A stretch of 64,000 bases of DNA from Minisyncoccota bacterium (GTDB taxonomy: Bacteria; Patescibacteriota; Minisyncoccia; Phycocordibacterales; UBA9973), in the NCBI GenBank assembly GCA_041675045.1, contig JBAYUP010000001.1:24094-88093 (forward strand). Reading direction: 5' to 3'. Position 1 is the first letter of the stretch. The number at the start of each line of letters is the position of its first letter. A program made the position numbers and the translations under genes. Below, one piece after another: positions 1 through 7,884 of the stretch. The notes below the pieces were generated by a model that was not told the DNA's origin, did no database searches, and saw only the letters and a list, made by a program, of their open reading frames with translations.

Positions 1-2
1 AT

Positions 3-245
3 CAACTGATAACGACTGCGAATTTTGCAACGAGCAACAAATTTCTTTCGTGGTATGTTGGTGGCCTCAACTTTCAAAGAGAACACCATCTGTACTACAA
101 GATTTCACATGTTCATTATCCAGAAATAAATGAAGAGATGAAAAAAGTTTGTGACGAGCTTCACCTGCCACAAAACGAATACCCGACACTTATTTCTGCA
201 ATCAAATCGCACATACATTACTTAAAAGTAATGGGCAAACAATAA
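3..245 (+). CDS. C-terminal fragment of a window-truncated protein (frame 3, ends ...HIHYLKVMGKQ*); function not recognised
   Basis: Open frame from the window edge to TAA at 243-245, followed by a strong terminator hairpin. Confidence 0.35.
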   Translation, partial: QLITTANFATSNKFLSWYVGGLNFQREHHLYYKISHVHYPEINEEMKKVCDELHLPQNEYPTLISAIKSHIHYLKVMGKQ

Positions 246-248
246 AAA

Positions 249-286
249 GGAGCCGTTTCTGATACAACAGAATCGGCTCCTTTTTC
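249..286 (+). terminator. Rho-independent terminator (GGAGCCG...CGGCTCC stem with extended TTCTG/CAGAA pairing, then TTTTT)
   Basis: Hairpin plus T-run seen directly in the sequence after the stop at 245. Confidence 0.7.
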
Positions 287-308
287 GAATTGAATAATAT
301 AATAAATA

Positions 309-317
309 TGCTAGTAT
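309..317 (+). promoter_or_regulatory. Extended -10 element TGcTAGTAT, likely promoter of the downstream tRNA-Pro
   Basis: The same TGnTAnnAT pattern recurs before rpsO, pcrA and tRNA-Arg in this window. An AAGGAGG at 318-324 is not followed by a start codon. Confidence 0.35.
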
Positions 318-418
318 AAGGAGGTTATTTCATACTACTGTAGAAATAGTACATCGGGATGTGGTCTGCCTACGGCAGATAAATTCCACGGTAACGTGCC
401 AGTTAAACAATAAAATAT

Positions 419-491
419 CGGGATGTGGTGTAACGGCTAACATGCCTCTTTTGGGAAGAGGTGACTCAGGGTTCGAATCCCTGCATCCCGA
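419..491 (+). tRNA. tRNA-Pro (anticodon TGG), 73 nt, CCA not encoded
   Basis: Manual cloverleaf: acceptor CGGGATG/CATCCCG, anticodon stem CCTCT/AGAGG with loop TTTGGGA, T-arm CAGGG-TTCGAAT-CCCTG. Confidence 0.85.
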
Positions 492-558
492 CAATTTCGC
501 TAACCAATAAAATGGAAATACCTCTTGTTATCTGGTATTATTGAAATACACATAAACC

Positions 559-1911
559 ATGAAAAGCCCTGATTTTCCACAAAAATTCAACCAGAAATCA
601 ATTCGAGAACACCTTGAAGATTTTGATCTAATGGAAATCAAGAATATTCAGACCCCAACGAATACAAAAGAAACTCCAAAGAGCGGAAAAGAGAAGATTT
701 TTGATTTTCTTAAATATAAAAGTCTAAAACTCAAAGAATACTTTGGCCAACTTAATCAAGCTGATTTCAATGAACTCCTAGATATTGATTTCGAAGAGCA
801 ACTACGTGAAAATCTTCCTATTAAAGGAGTGTTTTCTCCAGAAGAAGAATTAGAAATAATAAAAATCTTACCGAGAGAGCTTAAAAGAAGGTCTCTTCAA
901 ACTTTTAAAGAAAAATTAGCACGCCAGCGTGAAGCGTTGGGTACTTTACGTGTTTTTATTGAGCGAAGCATAGAATTTAATCATGATGTTCCAAGGGAAA
1001 AACTTATGGGATTGATTGAAAAGTTTAGTTCATACTACGGTTTTGATGATAACCAAAGAAAAATTTCAGAAAAACTTATCGATGGATACTACGAAAAACG
1101 CAAAGAGGTCTTGGCAATCCGCAAGCAGTTTCCTGATGACTATGAACTAATACGCAAACTCTCTGGAGTAAATCTTGGAAAAGAGGAGAAGTTAAACATC
1201 TCTGTTGGTCCAATGTCGATAGACATCGATACAGGGGAATTCAATTCTGGACAATTATATAAAAGAACAAATAGTCCAATCGCGCTTCGGTATGGTGGAT
1301 TTGCTTCTGAATCAGTAAATGGTATTTACTTTACCGTTCTTAATCGAAATGCATTTAATAGAGAGCCGAAATGGTATGGTGGTTCCAATGGTGAAAAAAT
1401 AGTGAAACATGAACAAGAGCATGAAAAAAATAAACTTTTTCAAGATATATTTAGAATAAAATTACATCGTCCAACTTTGTGGCTTAATGTTTATAAATCA
1501 GAAGAAGATTTAGAAAATAAAGAAATAATTCTGAAGGAGTTTCTGTCCGACAGTAGAGTAGTGGCACTTGAAAGAGCGAAAGATGAAATTACTGCTTCGT
1601 TGGTTGATATGGGATTACCAAAGCTTCAACAAAATCTATCGTGGCTATTTCTTGATAAAAGAAATGACTCCTATGATTACCTGGCTTACTTGCGAAACAA
1701 AGAAGAATTTAAAGATAATGCATTGTACCAAGAAACTGTCGAGAAAATGCTTGTACAGGAATATAGAGAAATAATTGAAAAAGCTGTAAATGCCTACGCA
1801 GAATTAGTAAATCAAGGTAAATATTCAATCCAAGAAGCAACAGCCCTCCTGACAGATAAACCACTAGAAACCTGGCCAAAAACAATCAAGAGATTCTTAG
1901 AATACAAATAA
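559..1911 (+). CDS. Hypothetical protein (450 aa), soluble, Lys/Glu-rich, no recognisable domain
   Basis: Long ORF from the six-frame track, ATG at 559; no family recognised by eye. Confidence 0.6.
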   Translation: MKSPDFPQKFNQKSIREHLEDFDLMEIKNIQTPTNTKETPKSGKEKIFDFLKYKSLKLKEYFGQLNQADFNELLDIDFEEQLRENLPIKGVFSPEEELEIIKILPRELKRRSLQTFKEKLARQREALGTLRVFIERSIEFNHDVPREKLMGLIEKFSSYYGFDDNQRKISEKLIDGYYEKRKEVLAIRKQFPDDYELIRKLSGVNLGKEEKLNISVGPMSIDIDTGEFNSGQLYKRTNSPIALRYGGFASESVNGIYFTVLNRNAFNREPKWYGGSNGEKIVKHEQEHEKNKLFQDIFRIKLHRPTLWLNVYKSEEDLENKEIILKEFLSDSRVVALERAKDEITASLVDMGLPKLQQNLSWLFLDKRNDSYDYLAYLRNKEEFKDNALYQETVEKMLVQEYREIIEKAVNAYAELVNQGKYSIQEATALLTDKPLETWPKTIKRFLEYK

Positions 1912-1980
1912 AAGTCTAGAAACTTGATTTTAAAAGCTTTTTTCTATAGAATCATCTATAACCATCAAACAGTTATTTAT

Positions 1981-2208
1981 ATGAGAACGTTAACCCCCAT
2001 CGAAAGAAGTTTGTTTGAGCGTGCAAAAGAGCTCAAACAAGACTTAACAGAAGACGCCTTTGTCACAGCAAGAGATGCAGCCCTAATGAGAGCCAATCCA
2101 ACGACCCAACATTTTGGGACATTAAATTCTCTTTTACTGAACTCAACATCTCCATCTGAGATGAGAAGCTTAATGGAGCAACAAGATGTTCATGACAACA
2201 TGGGGTAA
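1981..2208 (+). CDS. Small hypothetical protein (75 aa, start moved to internal Met MRTLTPIERSL...)
   Basis: Short ORF between the 450-aa gene and tRNA-Gly; weak support. Confidence 0.25.
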   Translation: MRTLTPIERSLFERAKELKQDLTEDAFVTARDAALMRANPTTQHFGTLNSLLLNSTSPSEMRSLMEQQDVHDNMG

Positions 2209-2243
2209 TTGAATTACGATGAGGATTCTTCCTCATCACCCTT

Positions 2244-2314
2244 GCGGGATTAGTTAAATGGTATAACTCTAGTTTTCCAAACTAGTGTCAGGAGTTCGAT
2301 TCTCCTATCCCGCA
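2244..2314 (+). tRNA. tRNA-Gly (anticodon TCC), 71 nt, CCA not encoded
   Basis: Manual cloverleaf: acceptor GCGGGAT/ATCCCGC, anticodon stem CTAGT/ACTAG with loop TTTCCAA, T-arm AGGAG-TTCGATT-CTCCT. The six-frame ORFs 2285..2479(+) and 2288..2515(-) overlap it and are spurious. Confidence 0.85.
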
Positions 2315-2327
2315 CAAAATGAAAAAG

Positions 2328-2350
2328 GCGACATTCGTGTCGTTTTTTTC
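2328..2350 (+). terminator. Terminator after tRNA-Gly(TCC): GCGACA-UUCG-TGTCG stem with UUCG tetraloop, then TTTTTTT
   Basis: Seen directly in the sequence. Confidence 0.7.
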
Positions 2351-2394
2351 ATTTCTATTCGCGGGATAACGAGTGAATTGCTTCACTCGTGTAG

Positions 2395-2507
2395 GAGAAT
2401 CGAAAAGCTTTTCGTTAATTGTGAGGGATATTATCCCGAACAAGTCGAAAAGGTGTACTGGTCCTGTAAGGACCGATAAGCGTACTCGCGGTCTCCTATC
2501 CCGCACT
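2395..2507. repeat. tRNA-derived repeat unit 1: starts with GGAGAATCGAAAAGC (reverse complement of the T-arm 3' half) and ends with TCTCCTATCCCGCAC (exact copy of the tRNA-Gly 3' end)
   Basis: The 15-bp direct repeat TCTCCTATCCCGCAC is at 2301-2315 and 2493-2507. GGAGAATCGAAAAGC is at 2395-2409 and 2561-2575. Internal hairpins GGGATA-T-TATCCC and GGTCC-TGTAA-GGACC. Confidence 0.6.
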
Positions 2508-2560
2508 ACAAGCAAATGAACCTAATACGAGAGTATTGGGTGATTTTGCTTGTCGCGGAG

Positions 2561-2693
2561 GAGGAGAATCGAAAAGCGCAACAGGGACCCAAACTGAAAG
2601 CTTGGGATGTGAGCTTGGGTCGCAAACACTTTGTATTTTATGAGTAAAACGAAATAAAATACTTACTGATTCATGACCGATTCTCCTATCCCC
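2561..2693. repeat. tRNA-derived repeat unit 2: GGAGAATCG ... CGATTCTCC 9-bp terminal inverted repeat around ~115 bp, ending in TATCCCC (acceptor 3' fragment)
   Basis: Second copy of the GGAGAATCGAAAAGC and TTCTCCTATCCC motifs; internal hairpin GACCCAA...TTGGGTC. Confidence 0.55.
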
Positions 2694-3183
2694 TTTCTTT
2701 TAATTGTCTCACATCTTCCAAATCAACTTGGCGAGCAAGTTTACTTTTATAAGATATTAATGAATCAATATCCTCCACGACCACTTTTTTACCATATACA
2801 TCAATCTGTACAGTGTTATTAAATTGAGCTGAGCACAATACCCATTTTCTTGTGAGTTGATTAAAGATTTTTACGTCTGCTTCAGCAATATCAATTTCTT
2901 GCCCCTCATAATTTAAAGTTAATAACTCAAGATCCCAATTTTCATCTTTATATCTCTTTGGGCCGAAAATAATATATTCTCTTGTCTCTTCAGCAATACA
3001 GGGAATATCTTTTGCCATAACAACAATATCTATGTCTGCTAATTCACGATTAACTCCATAAATTCGCGCGGCAAAACCACCCGAAATTTTGTAATTTATT
3101 TTGTTTTTTTCAAGAATATTAATAATCCACAAAAATGCCTTTTCGGTATTTCTCATAAGAAAAAAGATTACTTCTCTACTCAA
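2686..3183 (-). CDS. Nucleotidyltransferase-fold protein (Pol-beta superfamily, small Lnu/ANT-like; 165 aa)
   Basis: hG[GS]x9-13 DxD signature (ISGGFAARIYGVNRELADIDIVV) and a size typical of minimal nucleotidyltransferases. Substrate unknown. Confidence 0.5.
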   Translation of the reverse strand: MSREVIFFLMRNTEKAFLWIINILEKNKINYKISGGFAARIYGVNRELADIDIVVMAKDIPCIAEETREYIIFGPKRYKDENWDLELLTLNYEGQEIDIAEADVKIFNQLTRKWVLCSAQFNNTVQIDVYGKKVVVEDIDSLISYKSKLARQVDLEDVRQLKERG

Positions 3184-3613
3184 ACCTCACAGGAACACTA
3201 ACTGATTTATCAAATTTTGCTTCTCCTGACGGATTATCCTTTTTAAAGATTAAAGTTCCCTTTTTAACACCTGTCGGAATGGTAAATACTAGCTCCCCTT
3301 CAAATGACACAAAATCAGTTGTCATCCACTCCCCTTGCGCAGTTATGTATTTCTCTACAATACGATTCCCCTTCTCATCTACTAACTCTACAGGCGCACT
3401 TGCCTCAAAAAACCAATTTCCACGAGCCTTACCAGAAAGTTTTAATGGACTTGTTATTATTTGATCTGCTTGGGGATTATTTATAACAATATCCTTATTT
3501 TCTTGGGTATTTTGTATTTGCGTCGGTGCTTCACCTTGTTTAACATACAAAAAGACTGCAAAAACAACCAAACAAAGGATAAAAATAGAAATACAAAATC
3601 GTTTAATTGTCAT
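3176..3613 (-). CDS. Secreted or membrane-anchored Gmad2-type immunoglobulin-like domain protein
   Basis: N-terminal hydrophobic segment followed by a G.ARGNWFFEASAP...VELVDEKG pattern typical of Gmad2 (GerM-associated) Ig-like domains. Start moved to the internal ATG at 3613. Confidence 0.5.
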   Translation of the reverse strand: MTIKRFCISIFILCLVVFAVFLYVKQGEAPTQIQNTQENKDIVINNPQADQIITSPLKLSGKARGNWFFEASAPVELVDEKGNRIVEKYITAQGEWMTTDFVSFEGELVFTIPTGVKKGTLIFKKDNPSGEAKFDKSVSVPVRFE

Positions 3614-3633
3614 ATGTATAAATAATAACACTT

Positions 3634-4035
3634 TTAGAGAATAATGTGTGGAATCACAACAACCTTTGATTTTCTCTGAAATAGATCAATGTAAACCAAA
3701 AGGACATCAAATTGCCATTCCCTGTTCCCTGTTCGATTATGAATGAGGTATGTTTCAACTATTCTCTTTAGTCGTCCAAGTTTTGAGGGGTGCATATTTT
3801 CTTCCGGTCTAAATGTTTCCCGTGTAACAGTATTATTCACCCCAAAAGTATGGGAAACAGATTTTACTTCGATAAAATAAAGTTTTTTATTCTTTTCAGC
3901 AATAATATCTATTTCTCCCCATTTTCTTGTATAATTTCGTTCAAGAATATTAAAACCTTTCTTTGTAAGAAAAATAGAAGCAACATCCTCACCCAACTTC
4001 CCTATTTTTTGAGAGTTTGAGGTAAAAACTTTCAT
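3634..4035 (-). CDS. yraN: YraN family protein (UPF0102, predicted endonuclease)
   Basis: GEDVAS.FL...GF.ILERN.R...GEIDIIA......FIEVK motif matches UPF0102/YraN; a TAGGAT Shine-Dalgarno lies 6 nt before the ATG. Confidence 0.8.
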   Translation of the reverse strand: MKVFTSNSQKIGKLGEDVASIFLTKKGFNILERNYTRKWGEIDIIAEKNKKLYFIEVKSVSHTFGVNNTVTRETFRPEENMHPSKLGRLKRIVETYLIHNRTGNREWQFDVLLVYIDLFQRKSKVVVIPHIIL

Positions 4036-4070
4036 AATATCCTAATTGTTACACATGTAACCTGTAAAAT

Positions 4071-4108
4071 AAATAGCCAATCGTTTCACGTGAAACGATT
4101 GGCTATTT
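4071..4108. promoter_or_regulatory. Perfect 17-bp-arm palindrome AAATAGCCAATCGTTTC-ACGT-GAAACGATTGGCTATTT upstream of yraN
   Basis: Seen directly in the sequence; it sits in a promoter region rather than after a gene end, so an operator or cruciform is more likely than a terminator. Confidence 0.3.
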
Positions 4109-4395
4109 ATCAGACATAAAATATGTTTTATTATGATGTCTTTCTAAAAATATGCTTATTCTATAAGGGTAGATTACAAATACAGGACTCTTGGTTTATT
4201 CTATATGCGGACAAAAATATCTGTCTTTTATTAACAATAGACACATCTTTATCCACAGATTGTTGATTTTAAAGGGTTTTGCCTGTGCATAAAAGACTGA
4301 TAAAGGGCAGAGATTAAACATTAAGAATCGGCCACAATTACGAGGGGGATAAGAGAATCGGTCAACGATTCTCCGCTTACGCGCATCTCTACCAA

Positions 4396-4430
4396 TAAAA
4401 AAGAGCAATCAGACGGATTGCTCTTTTTTA
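4396..4430 (-). terminator. Terminator for the minus-strand tRNA-Gly(GCC): AAAAAAGAGCAATC-AGACG-GATTGCTCTTTTTT
   Basis: Perfect 14-bp stem flanked by A and T runs; usable in both directions. Confidence 0.7.
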
Positions 4431-4434
4431 TTGG

Positions 4435-4505
4435 TGCGGGATAGGAGAATCGAACTCCTGTCTCATCCTTGGCAAGGACGTGTTCTACCACTAAACCAAT
4501 CCCGC
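4435..4505 (-). tRNA. tRNA-Gly (anticodon GCC), 71 nt, CCA not encoded
   Basis: Minus-strand cloverleaf: acceptor GCGGGAT, anticodon stem CGTCC/GGATG (one G-U) with loop TTGCCAA, T-arm AGGAG-TTCGATT-CTCCT identical to tRNA-Gly(TCC). Confidence 0.85.
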
Positions 4506-4622
4506 ATTTGTTTATAAAATTTTAATAAACATAAGAATTATTATAAGCATTTTTTTGTGAAATTGCAATGAGGCAAAACATCAAGCAAAATAGGGAATAT
4601 TTTTTACAAATGAGTAAAATAG

Positions 4623-4631
4623 TGCTAGAAT
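4623..4631 (+). promoter_or_regulatory. Extended -10 TGcTAGAAT, promoter for the tRNA-Arg and cca unit
   Basis: TGnTAGAAT lies 22 nt upstream of tRNA-Arg. Confidence 0.4.
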
Positions 4632-4653
4632 CAATAAGTTATAAATTAACCAT

Positions 4654-4725
4654 GCACCCATGGTGAAATGGATATCACGACGGTCTTCGGAACCGTTATT
4701 GGGGGTTCGAATCCCTCTGGGTGCA
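4654..4725 (+). tRNA. tRNA-Arg (anticodon TCG), 72 nt, CCA not encoded
   Basis: Acceptor GCACCCA/TGGGTGC, D-stem GTGA/TCAC, anticodon stem ACGGT/ACCGT with loop CTTCGGA, T-arm GGGGG-TTCGAAT-CCCTC. The six-frame ORF start at 4660 lies inside this tRNA. Confidence 0.8.
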
Positions 4726-4737
4726 CAAAAAAACCAA

Positions 4738-6297
4738 ATGAGTAAGAATATCTCTATAGATAACTCAAAAATTCCTCATTATGTTACACATGTAACAGAA
4801 ATCCTCGAAAAGGCAGGTTTCGAGGTCTTTCTTGTTGGGGGATGTGTGCGAGATCTAATTATGAATAGAGAGCCTAAAGATTGGGATCTTACCACAAACG
4901 CTCTCCCAGAACAGATAATTACACTTTTTGAAAAAACCGTCTATGAAAACACCTTTGGAACAGTAGGTGTTTGTGTTCCCATTGTTTCAGGTGAAACAAT
5001 GGGTGATGTTACACCCGCCGACGCTAAAGTTTTGGCGGGCAGGTATGAAACAAAAGAAAGTGTTACACGGGAAACATATCACATTATTGAGGTTACTCCA
5101 TATAGAATTGAAGCAAAATATAGTGATTTCAGGCACCCAGATGAAGTAAAATTCAGCAAAAACATAGAAGATGACCTAAAAAGACGTGACTTTACTATAA
5201 ATGCTTTGGCTTTTAGCAATAAAGGACAAATTCTTGACCTTTATAAAGGACAAGAGGATATAAAAGACAAAGTTATTAGAGCGGTGGGGAATCCAGTAGA
5301 ACGATTTCAAGAAGATGCACTTCGTATGCTTCGGGCAGTTCGATTTGCTTCGCAACTTAATTTTGCGATTGAATATGACACCTTACAAGCAATTGTGGAT
5401 AACTCTGATTTATTGAAAAATATTTCAGCAGAAAGAATCCGTGATGAATTTGTAAAAATTATTGAATCAGAAAATGCTTCTATGGGAGTTGGAATGCTCT
5501 CAAAATTGGGATTACTAAAATATATTATTCCTGAACTCGAAGAGGGAATTGGGTGCGAACAAGGCGGTGCACATATTTATGATGTATTCGAACACTGTTT
5601 GCACGCACTTGATCATGCAACTCGTAAAAATTTCGCGACCGAGATACGTCTTTCTGCGCTCTTCCATGACATTGGTAAGCCACGTACACGTAGAAAAGGG
5701 GAGAAGAAAGCATATACATTCTATGGCCACGAGGTTATTGGCGCACGTATGGTTCAGAAAATAATGGATCGTTTGAAATTCCCACGCAAAACAACCGACC
5801 TCGTCGTCTCTATGGTACGAAATCATATGTTTTTCTCTGATACGGAACAAATTACTCTTTCAGCTGTTCGTCGTATTATTCAAAAAGTAGGGAAGGAGCA
5901 TATATGGGAATTGATGGATATTCGAGAATGCGACCGCGTAGGAATGAAAAAAGCCGAAGCACCATATCGTCTCCGAAAATACCATGCCATGATTGATGAA
6001 GTTCTGCGTGACCCAATCTCTGTCGGGCAACTCGCCCTCGACGGGGAAGTGATGATTAAAGAATTGGGAATTAAACCAAGTCCACGCATGGGATGGATAC
6101 TTCATGCGCTTCTCGAAGAAGTTCTCGATGACCCAACAAAAAATGTACGAACATATCTCGATATTCGTACACAAGAACTCAATGATTTATCAGATGATGC
6201 ACTGAAACTACTTGGAGAAAAAGCAAAAATTGCAAAAGAAGAATTAGAGGAAGAAGAAATTGCCAAAGTTCATAAAAAACATGGTGTACAGAAATAA
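4738..6297 (+). CDS. cca: CCA-adding tRNA nucleotidyltransferase (poly(A) polymerase-type head domain plus C-terminal HD domain)
   Basis: GGCVRDLIMNREPKDWDLTT head-domain motif and HD motif HALDHA...LFHDIGK. Start moved to the ATG at 4738 because 4660 lies inside tRNA-Arg. A PcnB-like poly(A) polymerase cannot be fully excluded. Confidence 0.8.
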   Translation: MSKNISIDNSKIPHYVTHVTEILEKAGFEVFLVGGCVRDLIMNREPKDWDLTTNALPEQIITLFEKTVYENTFGTVGVCVPIVSGETMGDVTPADAKVLAGRYETKESVTRETYHIIEVTPYRIEAKYSDFRHPDEVKFSKNIEDDLKRRDFTINALAFSNKGQILDLYKGQEDIKDKVIRAVGNPVERFQEDALRMLRAVRFASQLNFAIEYDTLQAIVDNSDLLKNISAERIRDEFVKIIESENASMGVGMLSKLGLLKYIIPELEEGIGCEQGGAHIYDVFEHCLHALDHATRKNFATEIRLSALFHDIGKPRTRRKGEKKAYTFYGHEVIGARMVQKIMDRLKFPRKTTDLVVSMVRNHMFFSDTEQITLSAVRRIIQKVGKEHIWELMDIRECDRVGMKKAEAPYRLRKYHAMIDEVLRDPISVGQLALDGEVMIKELGIKPSPRMGWILHALLEEVLDDPTKNVRTYLDIRTQELNDLSDDALKLLGEKAKIAKEELEEEEIAKVHKKHGVQK

Positions 6298-6300
6298 AAA

Positions 6301-6337
6301 GACCGGCCCTGCTCTGCAGTCCGGTTTTTTTATTTCT
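6301..6337. terminator. Putative terminator after cca (ACCGG...CCGGT stem, then TTTTTTT)
   Basis: Short stem plus T-run; moderate. Confidence 0.45.
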
Positions 6338-6349
6338 GTTTTGGTAATC

Positions 6350-6595
6350 TCAACATTTAAGCTGTTTAAATCTTTTCTTTGTTTCATCATGCACCAACAA
6401 GGATACAATCAGGAACAATACAGCAACACCGAACCAAACTTTTGATGCCATGGGCTGGTTTGGGTCAGAAGAAATGCTTCCAAAAATAAAACTCTTAGGA
6501 GAAAGCATCGCTGAATAAATAGCTGAGACACTGCTAATCACAGTGGACACGATGACACCAAGTATCATCAGTGCAAGTGTAATGTACTTTTTCAT
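6350..6595 (-). CDS. Small membrane protein (81 aa, two predicted transmembrane helices)
   Basis: Two hydrophobic stretches; no family recognised. Confidence 0.4.
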   Translation of the reverse strand: MKKYITLALMILGVIVSTVISSVSAIYSAMLSPKSFIFGSISSDPNQPMASKVWFGVAVLFLIVSLLVHDETKKRFKQLKC

Positions 6596-6661
6596 TCATA
6601 ATGGGATTTGTTAAATACATTATACCATAATAAATCTATACACGCAAGTTAAAAAATATCC

Positions 6662-7429
6662 TTACATCTCAAGAACAATAGGGCAGTGATCCGACCCAAA
6701 ATAATCCGAGAGAATTTTAGTACCTTGTATCTTTTTAGTTACATCAGGCGATACGAAGAAGTAGTCGATACGCCATCCAACATTGCGGTCGCGCGCACGA
6801 GTTTTCTGATCCCAATAGGTATACGCATCTTTCTTGCTAGGGTAGAAGTGACGAAAAACATCAACATACCCTGCACCAACAACTTCGTCCATCCACGCAC
6901 GTTCAACAGGAAGGAACCCAGTATTTTCTTCATTCTCTTTTGGTCGAGCGAGGTCTATCGCTTCATGAGCAGTATTCACATCACCACAAAAAATAACTTT
7001 GTATTTTTGTTTTCGTAATTTTTGGATGAAGGCAAGGAATGAATCATAAAACTCTAATTTGTATTTTAGTCGCTCTGGGCCACCTCCACCATTCGGAAAA
7101 TAACAGTTGATGAGTACAAAGTCAGCATAGTAGACGACAAGTGTCCGCCCTTCGTCATCAAACTTCTTGATGCCGATACCATATTCAACTTTTTTGGGCT
7201 CAATTTTTGAATATATCCCAACACCACTGTATCCCTTTTTTATTTTTGAATGAGAAAAATATGAATGATATCCTTTTACGTTCCGAACATCCTCTGGTAA
7301 TTGTTCGGGTTCAACTTTCGTTTCCTGTAAGCAAAGAATATCTGGTTTATATTTTGTAAAAAGGGGAGTGAAGAATCCTTGTTTTGCAGTCGCACGGAGG
7401 CCGTTTGTATTCCAAGAAATAATACGCAT
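6662..7429 (-). CDS. xth: Exodeoxyribonuclease III (AP endonuclease)
   Basis: MRIISWNTNGLRA...LCLQETK...GDVNTAHEAIDL...SDHCPIVLE are hallmark ExoIII/APE1 motifs. Confidence 0.9.
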   Translation of the reverse strand: MRIISWNTNGLRATAKQGFFTPLFTKYKPDILCLQETKVEPEQLPEDVRNVKGYHSYFSHSKIKKGYSGVGIYSKIEPKKVEYGIGIKKFDDEGRTLVVYYADFVLINCYFPNGGGGPERLKYKLEFYDSFLAFIQKLRKQKYKVIFCGDVNTAHEAIDLARPKENEENTGFLPVERAWMDEVVGAGYVDVFRHFYPSKKDAYTYWDQKTRARDRNVGWRIDYFFVSPDVTKKIQGTKILSDYFGSDHCPIVLEM

Positions 7430-7486
7430 AAAATTTAGTAAAAGTTAAAAAAATAAATAGAATAAATTTATATTACTTGATGCTCG

Positions 7487-7535
7487 CCCCGTAGGAAGTG
7501 AAATGTGCATTCGACATTACACTTTCCTACTGGGG
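7487..7535. repeat. Hairpin repeat copy 1: CCCCGTAGGAAGTG ... CACTTTCCTACTGGGG with a nested inner hairpin
   Basis: An imperfect long hairpin. A second copy with the same CCCC..AGGAA / TTCCTAC.GGGG arms is at 7902-7951. Confidence 0.45.
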
Positions 7536-7584
7536 TTCCAAGAAATAATTTTCATATATATAGAATATCATACCATCGGCAATG

Positions 7585-7613
7585 TTGACGAAACAAATAA
7601 TATATTATAGAAT
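7585..7613 (+). promoter_or_regulatory. Sigma70-like promoter TTGACG - 17 nt - TAGAAT
   Basis: Near-consensus -35 and -10 hexamers with a 17-nt spacer, about 25 nt upstream of the small ORF at 7639. Confidence 0.5.
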
Positions 7614-7638
7614 AATCTCAAACTAAAAACCCTTTGGC

Positions 7639-7821
7639 ATGAACAAGGCAAAGAAAAGTAGGAAAATTTCCTGGTTGAGTGCATCAAAAATTCATCCGTT
7701 TATCCTCGATTCTGAATATGACATACATAGTATGACTAATAGGGAACTGGATCTATTTATGATGTCGCTCACATGGTCAGCAAAAAATATCGGCGGTAAG
7801 CTGGTAGAATCAAACAATTAA
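7639..7821 (+). CDS. Small hypothetical protein (60 aa)
   Basis: It lies between a near-consensus promoter and a clean terminator, so it is a real transcription unit; whether it codes for a protein is uncertain. Confidence 0.35.
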   Translation: MNKAKKSRKISWLSASKIHPFILDSEYDIHSMTNRELDLFMMSLTWSAKNIGGKLVESNN

Positions 7822-7841
7822 CTGTATCTAAATACTCAGAA

Positions 7842-7870
7842 GGCGCTTTCTTTTCAGAAAGCGCCTTTTA
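7842..7870 (+). terminator. Terminator GGCGCTTTC-TTTTCA-GAAAGCGCC then TTTT
   Basis: Perfect 9-bp stem plus T-run. Confidence 0.7.
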
Positions 7871-7884
7871 ATTTAATTTTTGTT

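Noticed and set aside
318-324. Perfect Shine-Dalgarno AAGGAGG downstream of a -10 element
   Set aside because: No ATG, GTG or TTG within 5-12 nt downstream; probably part of a tRNA promoter or leader rather than a protein start.
2285-2515. Six-frame ORFs 2285..2479(+) and 2288..2515(-)
   Set aside because: They overlap tRNA-Gly(TCC) and the tRNA-fragment repeat units, start with GTG inside the tRNA, and have no coding features; spurious.
4249-4257. Lone perfect DnaA box TTATCCACA upstream of yraN
   Set aside because: A single box far from dnaA with no clustering; likely a chance occurrence in AT-rich DNA (possibly a minor DnaA-regulated promoter, but not an origin).
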